Below, one piece after another: positions 44,499-52,906 of a stretch of DNA of 64,000 nucleotides. Made by a program: the position numbers and the translations under genes. Where the stretch lies: IMG/VR virus record IMGVR_UViG_3300033070_000479, positions 1 through 64,000 of that record, one strand, 5' to 3'. Positions within the stretch are counted from its first letter, which is position 1. The number at the start of each line of letters is the position of its first letter. Under the pieces are notes generated by a model that saw nothing but the letters and a program-made list of their open reading frames with translations, had not been told where the DNA came from and ran no database searches. Source of the stretch: a virus (lineage: Duplodnaviria > Caudoviricetes).

Positions 44499-45139
44499 GC
44501 AGTCCTGTCGTCAAGAACGTGAACGCGGTGTGGGAGTACGCCCCGGTAGGTTTCCCGGCAGTGTCGTACAAGGCGAAGGTCGACAACGGGTCGATTCTTC
44601 GTCTATGTCTGGACTACGTGTGGGACGGCATCGAAGACGACCAGTTCTACTCGTACGTGTCGTGGTTTGAGCCGGTCGCGGACGGGGCCACGTTCACGGG
44701 GCTGATTTGTCCGGCTACGAGCGCACTGCAGTTTCTCGCTGAGTTTGACGGGTCCTACGCGAAAGCATCGGCCGCCATGACAGAGACTTACATCTATAAG
44801 ACCCAGGCTGACGGGTCGGTGTTTCGCTACCCGGTGTCGACGATGCGGAACAAGGCGTGGGAGTGGACCTGGCCGTTTAACCGCGTCGTTCTCGGTTCCG
44901 GGTACAAGGTTTCTCTGTTCGAAGACGTCGGGCAAAACGGGTCGGCAAACTACCTGCAGGTGCTCCCCCCGTGGGTTTCCGGGGACGGGGTTCCGCGCTT
45001 TAACTCGGCGTTCACTTCCGAGGTCTCCAAGCCCTGGGCCGAGGACGCCGTCCTGTGCGGCAAGTCGATGCTGACCCGAGACCCTACGATCGTGTCCGCC
45101 GTGGCGGCGGCGTCTTCTGTACTGAGATCGCCGTGGTAG
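44495..45139 (+). CDS. hypothetical protein
   Basis: CAGGAG SD; coupled; aromatic-rich, 214 aa. Confidence 0.55.
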   Translation: MSSPVVKNVNAVWEYAPVGFPAVSYKAKVDNGSILRLCLDYVWDGIEDDQFYSYVSWFEPVADGATFTGLICPATSALQFLAEFDGSYAKASAAMTETYIYKTQADGSVFRYPVSTMRNKAWEWTWPFNRVVLGSGYKVSLFEDVGQNGSANYLQVLPPWVSGDGVPRFNSAFTSEVSKPWAEDAVLCGKSMLTRDPTIVSAVAAASSVLRSPW

Positions 45140-45492
45140 GCTTTGTGTACTTCAACTCGCGGAAGCGGTGCTTCTCGATCAAGTTCACAGGAGAGCCTGT
45201 GAAGCACGCGTCCGAGTTCGTCTGCCTTAACGCCCGCTTCGTAGTCAGCAAAGCGGGCAGAGAGCGGGTCCTGGCCGAAGGCCGTAAGAACGTGCACGCC
45301 GTCATACGCGGAGACATTAGACTTGGAGCCTTTGACGGGTACGCCAAGCTAGAGCGCGTCAGGTACAACCCGTACGTCTCTGCCTCTTTCGTCACAGATA
45401 ATGGGGCTAAAGTCACGAGTCACGAGGTCGTAATGGGCGGACCTGATGGGGTGTTCCTAGCCGCCTTAACTCAGGACAGCAACAGTGATTAA
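45133..45492 (+). CDS. conserved-type small phage protein
   Basis: VYFN...FSI...F.VSKAGRERVL.EGRKNVHA..RG pattern that I recognise from phage hypothetical proteins. Confidence 0.6.
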   Translation: MVGFVYFNSRKRCFSIKFTGEPVKHASEFVCLNARFVVSKAGRERVLAEGRKNVHAVIRGDIRLGAFDGYAKLERVRYNPYVSASFVTDNGAKVTSHEVVMGGPDGVFLAALTQDSNSD

Positions 45493-47479
45493 GTCAGTAG
45501 TGATCGAGAACTTCTGTCAGATAGGCCGACTAGAGTGGCGGCCCCCGGCTGGTATCTCTGCGGTAGTGGGACCGAACGGGGCCGGTAAGTCCAACACGGT
45601 GGCGGCGCTGGCTTATGCGATTTCGGGGGACGCGGCGTGGGCGAAAGGGGCAGTCCCGCCGTCCGGCAAGAACCCGAAAGTAACGGTGCAGTTCTGTCCG
45701 TCGGAGGATTCAGACGACCTGGTCACCGTGTCGCGCACCGTGGCAGTAGACGGTCGTGGCGCTGCGGCGTCGTTCTCGTACCGTGGAAAGACAGAATCAG
45801 GTCCGCGCGCAGTGACTGCGGCCGTCGCAGAAGTACTGATGGCGGACCCTGCCGAAGCCGCTGAGGCTTTCGTCTGTAGGCAGGGCAGGCTCACCGAGGT
45901 TGCTGACGCGTCATCGTCGGACCGGCTGCGGTGGGTGGCGAAGTCTGTAGGGCTGTCTGCCGCTGAAGTCGCTTGGGACGCTTTAGGGGAGATTCGACCC
46001 CCCGCAAAGCCGCCAGACCTCAAGGCGGCTAGGGCAGAATTCGAATCGGCCTTGTCAGAAAAACAGCGTAGTTTTTCTTACAACTCGGTCTTTGACTCTC
46101 CGGAAGAGTTGGACACGACTTGCCGAAAATTGACGGAGAATGCGCTGCAAATTACTGCGGCTGCCGAGGCCTGGGACAAAGCTAAAGCCGCGGCGGACTC
46201 CCTACCGGCGTTGCGCTCCCAGGCGTCGTCTGCGGCGGCCGCCTACGCGTACATCGAGAAGAAACTGGACGGAGTTGACACGCTTTCAAAATGGGCTCAG
46301 GACTGGAAAGCGCGTAGGGCCTGGTTGCAGTACGTCGACCTACGTAAGCGGGCAGAGAAACTGGCAGAAGAGGCTAAGGCGGCGGCAGAGCTGGTACCGG
46401 CCCCGCCATCCAAGCCCCCGGAATGGGACGAGTGCACAGGTCGCAGAGCCTCAGACGAGTCTCTGGTGCGGTTAGGTCAGTCTTCGTCGTGTCCCACGTG
46501 CAAGTCTCCGTTTAACGCGGACCTGGCTCAGTCGATAGTAGACGCGGCAAACAGGCTTGCCCGCCTTGCGGAGATGACACAGGTCCTGAACAAGTTTCAG
46601 GCGGAGTACTCTTCAAAGCTGGCAGTTTCTCAGGCGGCTGCAAGAGCGGCGGATACTGCGCGGTCTAAAGCAGAGGCGGCTAAAGCGCCTGAAGTACCTG
46701 AGCCGGAGGTTTCCGAAGAGGCTATTTACGCCGCACTGGCGGGCATGCCTACCCGAGAAGACGTGGCTCGCGCGTCATCGGAGGCAGGCCGCGCTTCTTC
46801 TCGTCTGGCGGAGGCGGAAGTACTGGCGGCCAAGTTGGCCGGTCCCAGGCCCGACGTCGTGTCTGCCAAGTCGGCGTTGCAGGAAGCGATTGACCGTCGC
46901 TCTGTGGCCGCTGCGGCGGCAGAGACGTACGCGGCGGCTGCGTACCGGGCTGACGCTGCCGCAGCCGCTTTGGCGCGCGCCGAGGCGGCTGTCGAGACGT
47001 CGGCCAAAGAAGAGTTGTTTTACGAGGCGGCGTCTGCGGCAAGGTCTGCTCTACACAGATCGGCTTGTCCCGCTGAAGCCGCCGCGCAGTTCGCTGACCG
47101 GTTAGCTGCGGAAACGTCTAACTGGTTGTACAAGTTCAACTTGCGGTTTTCTGTGTCTATTTCTGCAGACGGGTCTATCACTGCAGACTTCGACGGGAAA
47201 CAGGTCCCGTCGTTCAAACTATCCGGGGCGGAAAAAACGCTCCTAGGTTTGGCTTGGCGCCTGGCTGTCATGGGCGCCGTAGCCGGGAGGTTCAATACCC
47301 TGATTCTAGACGAGCCGACTTACGGCCTGGATGAGGCCCGATTGGACGCCGTCCGGTCGGCGATCGCAGAATGGCGTGACGCCGGTACCGACCGACAGGT
47401 TATCCTAGTAACGCACGACCGGCGTCTGGCGGAGATAGCCGGGTCTGCGTTCGATGTCTCAGCGGTAGAGAGGTCGTGA
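45485..47479 (+). CDS. sbcC: SbcC/Rad50-like SMC ATPase
   Basis: GPNGAGKS, coiled coil, CPTC zinc hook, LSGAE signature, LILDEPT, LVTHD; phage homologue. Confidence 0.9.
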   Translation: MIKSVVIENFCQIGRLEWRPPAGISAVVGPNGAGKSNTVAALAYAISGDAAWAKGAVPPSGKNPKVTVQFCPSEDSDDLVTVSRTVAVDGRGAAASFSYRGKTESGPRAVTAAVAEVLMADPAEAAEAFVCRQGRLTEVADASSSDRLRWVAKSVGLSAAEVAWDALGEIRPPAKPPDLKAARAEFESALSEKQRSFSYNSVFDSPEELDTTCRKLTENALQITAAAEAWDKAKAAADSLPALRSQASSAAAAYAYIEKKLDGVDTLSKWAQDWKARRAWLQYVDLRKRAEKLAEEAKAAAELVPAPPSKPPEWDECTGRRASDESLVRLGQSSSCPTCKSPFNADLAQSIVDAANRLARLAEMTQVLNKFQAEYSSKLAVSQAAARAADTARSKAEAAKAPEVPEPEVSEEAIYAALAGMPTREDVARASSEAGRASSRLAEAEVLAAKLAGPRPDVVSAKSALQEAIDRRSVAAAAAETYAAAAYRADAAAAALARAEAAVETSAKEELFYEAASAARSALHRSACPAEAAAQFADRLAAETSNWLYKFNLRFSVSISADGSITADFDGKQVPSFKLSGAEKTLLGLAWRLAVMGAVAGRFNTLILDEPTYGLDEARLDAVRSAIAEWRDAGTDRQVILVTHDRRLAEIAGSAFDVSAVERS

Positions 47480-48012
47480 CCATTACACTTGTACACATAA
47501 TGCCGTCTACGAACGGTCACGTCGCGCTACACGTCGGAAACGTGATCATGCGCATGTGTCACGACTCGGCTTTGGACGTTGTGCGCAAAGCCGACTCGCT
47601 AGTTTTCAACGTCGCGGACATCACCATGGTTCCGTTCGCCCCGTTCGTGGGTAAGTCGGGGATTTCCAACCTGATGATGGAGGGCCCTAACAAAGACTGC
47701 CACGTTTTGTGGAACCGGTATCATGACGAGTCGTGGTCCACGTATGCAGGCCCTTACTCGAAAGCGCGGCCCGTGCCCGAGACGCACCCGCTGTACGACA
47801 TGTACCGCGACATCAGGCTGAAGTCGGTACGTGCCGTGCTGTCCAGAATGTGCTACCGCATCGTCGACCCGCGCATCTGGACGTCCGGGTTCGATACCGT
47901 CAAAGAGGCCATCGCTAAAGACCTGATGTTGGAGCTGGACGGCAACACGCACAGGTTCATGGACGAGGCGGCGGAATACTGGTCCGCACAGTTGGTGAAG
48001 GGCGTCAAGTGA
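47476..48012 (+). CDS. hypothetical protein
   Basis: GTGA coupling on both sides. Confidence 0.55.
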   Translation: MTITLVHIMPSTNGHVALHVGNVIMRMCHDSALDVVRKADSLVFNVADITMVPFAPFVGKSGISNLMMEGPNKDCHVLWNRYHDESWSTYAGPYSKARPVPETHPLYDMYRDIRLKSVRAVLSRMCYRIVDPRIWTSGFDTVKEAIAKDLMLELDGNTHRFMDEAAEYWSAQLVKGVK

Positions 48013-49472
48013 TTCGAATCAGGCAGTCCGGTAGACTAGCGGCCGTGTCAGGGTTACACGGCCGCACTTCCTCCTTGGTAAAGAACGACCTGACGTTCTT
48101 CCGTAACGTCGTAGGTCCGTCCGGGTGGCAGCCGGAGACGATGAGGCTTTATTCCGAGGATTCGTCAGGGAACCTGCTTATCGGGGCCGGGTTGATAGGC
48201 CGAGTCAAGGACTTGCTAAAGTCTGCGAACTTGGAAGTGAGTGTCATCGAAGACTCCAGGCACTGCGACAGCCGGTATCGCATTGACCCGGCGCCGCTGT
48301 CGGAGCCGGGGCTTACGCTCAAAGAAGGACAGTTCGACGCCATCAAGTCGATTCTCTCCAGAGATTCCGGAGTCATCGTAGCCCCCACCGGGTGGGGTAA
48401 GAGTTTCTGTATTAGGTTGGTCTGTCGCCTGCTCCCAGACTGCAAGATTCACTACCTGACTGACTTGACGGACCTCTGCGAGCAGATGCACGCAGAGTTA
48501 GTCCCGTACATACCGGATCTGGGTAGGTTCGGCGGAGGCGTTAAGAAACCAGGCCGAGTCAGCGTAGTTAACGTAGAATCAGCACACCACACGGGTTACG
48601 ACGCAGACGTCATCATCGGAGACGAGATTCACAGGTTGTGTGCTCAGAAGTACATGGACCAGCTCGGCAGGTACGGAGTTAACCGGCCGTGCAGGGCTTA
48701 CGGGTTTACGGCCAGCCCAGTTCGCGACGACGGCATGCACAGGTTTAACGAGCCCATCTTTGGTCCTATAGTCGTCCGAGTTCCTTACGCCGCAGCGCAG
48801 GCCGCGTCTATGGTCGTGCCGATCGAGGTGCGCTGGGTACGGCCTACGCTGTCGAGAGACCCTTCTGCGGAAGTGCCGTCTGGAGCAGAGAAAGAGCGGC
48901 TAGGGTTGTGGTCGAATTACGCCAGGAATCAGTGTGTGGCGGACCAGGCCCTGGCTGTGGCGGACAAGGGACAGGTCATAGTCATGGTCGCTACAGTAGA
49001 GCACGCGTACAGGTTAAAACAGCTTTTGCCGGACTTCGAGGTTTGCTACTCCCCGGCGGAGTCTGCCGACTCTATGCGCGAGTCGCTGATAACCGCCGGG
49101 CTACTGACAGAGTCTGAGCCGCGTATGACCCCGGCACGCAGAAAGCACCTGAGAGACGGGTTTGAGCGCGGCAAGATCAAGAAAGTCATCGCCACACAGG
49201 TGTGGTCTACCGGGGTAAACTTCCGCAGTCTGGCCTTCTTAATCCGCGCCGACGGCGGGGCGGCTCAGACGAAGTCTACTCAGATTGCCGGGCGTCTCAG
49301 CAGAACCTTCAACGGCAAGTCCAAAGGAATCCTGATCGATTTCTGGGACGACTGGTCCACGTCGTTCGTGAGGAGGTCCCGCGCCAGGTTCTCGGTGTAC
49401 GAATCCCACGGGTTCTCGCAGGTCCGGCCTTCTGTGAAAGAAATTTTTAGATCGAAATCGTTTGACGAGTAA
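48009..49472 (+). CDS. superfamily 2 helicase (UvsW/SSL2-like)
   Basis: APTGWGKS, IGDEIH, GFTAS, ATQVWSTGVN and QIAGRLSR. Confidence 0.9.
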   Translation: MIRIRQSGRLAAVSGLHGRTSSLVKNDLTFFRNVVGPSGWQPETMRLYSEDSSGNLLIGAGLIGRVKDLLKSANLEVSVIEDSRHCDSRYRIDPAPLSEPGLTLKEGQFDAIKSILSRDSGVIVAPTGWGKSFCIRLVCRLLPDCKIHYLTDLTDLCEQMHAELVPYIPDLGRFGGGVKKPGRVSVVNVESAHHTGYDADVIIGDEIHRLCAQKYMDQLGRYGVNRPCRAYGFTASPVRDDGMHRFNEPIFGPIVVRVPYAAAQAASMVVPIEVRWVRPTLSRDPSAEVPSGAEKERLGLWSNYARNQCVADQALAVADKGQVIVMVATVEHAYRLKQLLPDFEVCYSPAESADSMRESLITAGLLTESEPRMTPARRKHLRDGFERGKIKKVIATQVWSTGVNFRSLAFLIRADGGAAQTKSTQIAGRLSRTFNGKSKGILIDFWDDWSTSFVRRSRARFSVYESHGFSQVRPSVKEIFRSKSFDE

Positions 49473-49483
49473 CCCTTACGGCT

Positions 49484-49560
49484 TAAGTCTTTGACGGCTC
49501 TTGTGCGGGTACGCCGCGGTGACCGATAATCACCTTCCCGGCACCCGCACCTCCGACTTA
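49484..49560 (+). promoter_or_regulatory. intergenic long imperfect hairpin
   Basis: TAAGTC/GACTTA, GTGCGGGT/ACCCGCAC, GCCG/CGGC and GGTGA/TCACC; loop CCGATAA. Confidence 0.5.
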
Positions 49561-49590
49561 CCGGCAGGAACTGGACAGGAGTAAAACTCG

Positions 49591-50238
49591 ATGTCTCATG
49601 GTTCGCCCCTGCTGACAAAGGCAGGGGAAAAGTTGCGTGCCGACTGGTGTCGGCACCACGAGGCGTTTAGGGCTAAAAACCCGGCGGTGCGGCCTTTTAA
49701 GGCGGGGGTGTTTCTGGACGGCGGCACCGACTCGTTTACCGGGAGAACGTACAAGTGCTTTTGGAACACGGCCGCTGCAAAGATCATAGAGAAAGGATTT
49801 GACCCTAGCGCAGTGGCCGCGTTCATGTTCTCCAGGGCCGCGTCGTCACGGGCAGCGCCAGACCCGCGCATGGTCGCGTCTGACAGCACGCTGTCGGACT
49901 TCACGAAAGCCAGAGCCGCAACGACAGTCCGTGACTTCACAGACGCCATAAAGCGGTCTGTCGCGGCGGACAGGGTGGCTTTCGCGATCCTGGTTAGGCG
50001 GTACGGGTTTGCTTACGCGAACAGAGAGCAAGCCTACGAAGCGGCGTTGTCGGATATCTCGATATCGCCGCTGTTCAGACTTCACGCCGCCACAACGCTG
50101 GGGAACGCGGGGTTTGTTCAAAAGGTGCTGAATCAGGCGAAGGAGCAATACTTATCGTACCCGGATAACGCTCGCCGCGTGTGGGACTCCCTACTGGGAG
50201 ACGACACGGTGGCGGCAATCAGAGACACACGGCAATGA
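49591..50238 (+). CDS. hypothetical protein (possible helicase loader/replication protein)
   Basis: CAGGAG SD; coupled to the DnaB-like gene. Confidence 0.5.
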   Translation: MSHGSPLLTKAGEKLRADWCRHHEAFRAKNPAVRPFKAGVFLDGGTDSFTGRTYKCFWNTAAAKIIEKGFDPSAVAAFMFSRAASSRAAPDPRMVASDSTLSDFTKARAATTVRDFTDAIKRSVAADRVAFAILVRRYGFAYANREQAYEAALSDISISPLFRLHAATTLGNAGFVQKVLNQAKEQYLSYPDNARRVWDSLLGDDTVAAIRDTRQ

Positions 50239-51863
50239 GCAGACCAAACGACGTACCGTCGGCGGACTCCGCACGCGTCACACCGGCCGAAGTCAATCTC
50301 ATGGTGGCGTGTGCCGTTCGGTCGACGGCCGTAGCAGAGGCGTGCAGGCAGCGCCTTAGTCCTGACCTTTTCATGCCGGGACGCGAAGCCACGGCGGCTT
50401 TGCTGTGGTCCACGTTCCTGTCGACTACTGAAGCTAAAGGCATACCGGCAGACCCGAATCACGCCTTCGCCCTCATGACGGCTCAAGTGCAGCGGGAGTA
50501 CGCGTCGCGACCCGACTTGTACTCGGATAACGCCGTTCAAGAACTCTGTGACCCGCAATACGGACTTCTGCGGCACGTGTTCTTCTCTCCGGCTCCTCCG
50601 AAAGAAACCGAAGACGCCGTCGTCGACATCTTGGTCCGGTTTCTGACAGAACGCCTCATGGCCGATCCTCTCCGGATGGCCATCGAGGGCGTCTCGATCG
50701 ACAGAACGATCACGGACCCAACAAAACTCGTTGCTCAGATCGAGGCTGCGGCTGACGCGGTCAACGCGGTGCGGGTTGACCCGGGCAGCGACGGCGTTGC
50801 CGGTATCGACTTTACGCCGCCTTCCACGGGGATCTTTACTACGGGCATGCCGTGGCTGGACGAAATCATGGGCGGAGGACAGGCGCCCGGAGAGTGCTAC
50901 CTGGTCATGGGCCCCACCGGCGGCGGTAAAACCCCGTTCGTGACTCAGATCGCCGTGCAAGGGGCCAGATACCAGGCCGCCCTGTCTCAGAAGTCTGGCG
51001 GCAAAAAGCGGTGGATGTACTTCACGTACGAGCTGACGCGCAATCAGATGCTGGAGCGGTTCTACTCTTTCGGGGCCATGATCAGCAGAGACACGTTCAA
51101 CGTCCCGGACGGGTCGCAGGTGGCGTATACGAGCTCTGCGGCTAACGGAACCAGCCTCCACCCGTACGAGCTTGAGAAGATCGTCAACCCGTCTGACGTT
51201 AAGCTCGGTGAGAAAGAACGGGCCCAAGCCTACGTCAAAGAGCTGTCCGGGTCTGGTCCAGGGGACTCGTGGCTGCGGCTGGTCGATTACTCGGGTAACG
51301 TCCCCGGGTACGGGACAGGCGGCGTTCCGGAGATGGTGTCGTACTGTCGGCGCATGAAGTCTCAAGGGGCCGACGTGGCAGGCGTGGTCATCGACTACGC
51401 CGGCCTGGTGGTAAGCCGGTACCGACAGAAGAACGTCAGGATGAAGCCGTCAGACGATTACGAACTGTTGGCCACGTTTATGGACGAAGTCCGCACCACG
51501 ATCTCAATCCCGTTCGCATGCCCGGTGTGGGTTCTGCACCAATTCCACGGGGACGTGACAGGTATGTCTCCCGGGGCTCGTCTCAGCCTCAACCAGGGGC
51601 GCGGCGGGCGGAACATGGGCGACAACGCCGACTTCGCGTTCGGCCTAGGTAACTGTGATAAGGAGAAACAGCTTCTGGCGTTCTGGATGTTCAAACACCG
51701 CCGAGTTAAGTGGGACGGTAGGCCGGTGGTGGCCAAGTTTGACGGACGATTCGGGTACTTTGCCCGCCCAGACGGGTCGTGGAAAGTGGATCCGTACACG
51801 AAGGAATTCGTCGAATCCGGCTTCGGCGGTGGCGGCCTTTCAGGCGTCGTACCCGGGGCGTAA
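50235..51863 (+). CDS. dnaB: replicative DnaB/SF4-like helicase
   Basis: MGPTGGGKT, FTYE, VVIDYA, VLHQF, ADFAF and KHR motifs; phage homologue. Confidence 0.82.
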   Translation: MSRPNDVPSADSARVTPAEVNLMVACAVRSTAVAEACRQRLSPDLFMPGREATAALLWSTFLSTTEAKGIPADPNHAFALMTAQVQREYASRPDLYSDNAVQELCDPQYGLLRHVFFSPAPPKETEDAVVDILVRFLTERLMADPLRMAIEGVSIDRTITDPTKLVAQIEAAADAVNAVRVDPGSDGVAGIDFTPPSTGIFTTGMPWLDEIMGGGQAPGECYLVMGPTGGGKTPFVTQIAVQGARYQAALSQKSGGKKRWMYFTYELTRNQMLERFYSFGAMISRDTFNVPDGSQVAYTSSAANGTSLHPYELEKIVNPSDVKLGEKERAQAYVKELSGSGPGDSWLRLVDYSGNVPGYGTGGVPEMVSYCRRMKSQGADVAGVVIDYAGLVVSRYRQKNVRMKPSDDYELLATFMDEVRTTISIPFACPVWVLHQFHGDVTGMSPGARLSLNQGRGGRNMGDNADFAFGLGNCDKEKQLLAFWMFKHRRVKWDGRPVVAKFDGRFGYFARPDGSWKVDPYTKEFVESGFGGGGLSGVVPGA

Positions 51864-51868
51864 GTTCC

Positions 51869-52894
51869 ATGACACTACTAAACCACGCCCTGTGGCTGGC
51901 ATTTTCCAGCCGCTTCGGGGCGTCTGCTCGCGTTATCAACCAGGGGCAAGAGGCGCGCGGGTTTTACGAGTTTGACGCGGCGAGGCAGAAGAAGCGGCTG
52001 AGGCTGACTTCTTGGGGCGAGTCCTACTCGGGGGACTGCCCGTTTTGCGGAGACACCCGCGGGCGGCTCAGCGTCAGCCACATGTGCGGTCGGTTTGACC
52101 CGGAAACGCAGGAGAATAACTGGTACCTGTGGAGGTGCTACAACGAGGACTGCCAGAAAGACTGGAAGAACAGAAGGTCTTTGAGAGACAAGCTGACGAC
52201 CCACGCCATACTCATAGCGCCCCCTAAGAGTATTCGGCTGGTTCACAAGGCGGCAGCAGAGCGGTCGGACTCCTCGAAGCCGGTAGGAGTGGTAGAGCCC
52301 CTCAAGGAGGACTCCGCCGGCGGAAAGTACTTAGCCGGCAGGGGGTTTGTGATCAAGGAGCTGGTTGAGCTGTGGGGGGTGTGCGGGATACTTCAGCCGA
52401 ACCCCGGGGCTCGGTGGCTGGCGGACCGTATAGCGATACCCGTGACGAAAAACGGCGAAATAGTCGGGTGGCAGTACCGTACCCCTTACGACCCGGCTAA
52501 GGGCGGTGTTCCTAAGTACCTGTCGTTCTTTAGTAAGTCACAGTACGTCTACGGCGTGGATCAGGCGGCTAACCAGGACAAGCTAGTTCTGGTAGAGGGC
52601 GTCACGGACGTGTGGCGGTACGGACCTGGAGCCGTGTGCGGGTTCGGCAAAGTCTTGTCTGAGACCCAGATAGAGGTCCTGGCTTCAGTCGCCGGCAGTA
52701 GGCCGGTCGTCGTTATTCCTGACGCCAACGACCCAGAGTCAGTCGGCAAGATGACGGTATCGGCTCTTAGCATGCGGAGATACGGCTACGCAGGGTCTAT
52801 CGGAGGAGTGGAGCTACCGGCCGGTACAGACCCTGGATCATCGTCTACAGAGTTCTTGAGGAAAGCAGTTAACGCAGCGTCTCTGACGTTTTGA
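51869..52894 (+). CDS. dnaG: DNA primase (zinc finger plus Toprim)
   Basis: CPFC...C...C, RIAIPV, KYL, YVYG, LVEGVTD and PDAND motifs; phage homologue. Confidence 0.88.
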   Translation: MTLLNHALWLAFSSRFGASARVINQGQEARGFYEFDAARQKKRLRLTSWGESYSGDCPFCGDTRGRLSVSHMCGRFDPETQENNWYLWRCYNEDCQKDWKNRRSLRDKLTTHAILIAPPKSIRLVHKAAAERSDSSKPVGVVEPLKEDSAGGKYLAGRGFVIKELVELWGVCGILQPNPGARWLADRIAIPVTKNGEIVGWQYRTPYDPAKGGVPKYLSFFSKSQYVYGVDQAANQDKLVLVEGVTDVWRYGPGAVCGFGKVLSETQIEVLASVAGSRPVVVIPDANDPESVGKMTVSALSMRRYGYAGSIGGVELPAGTDPGSSSTEFLRKAVNAASLTF

Positions 52895-52906
52895 GAAGGA
52901 GAGTTC

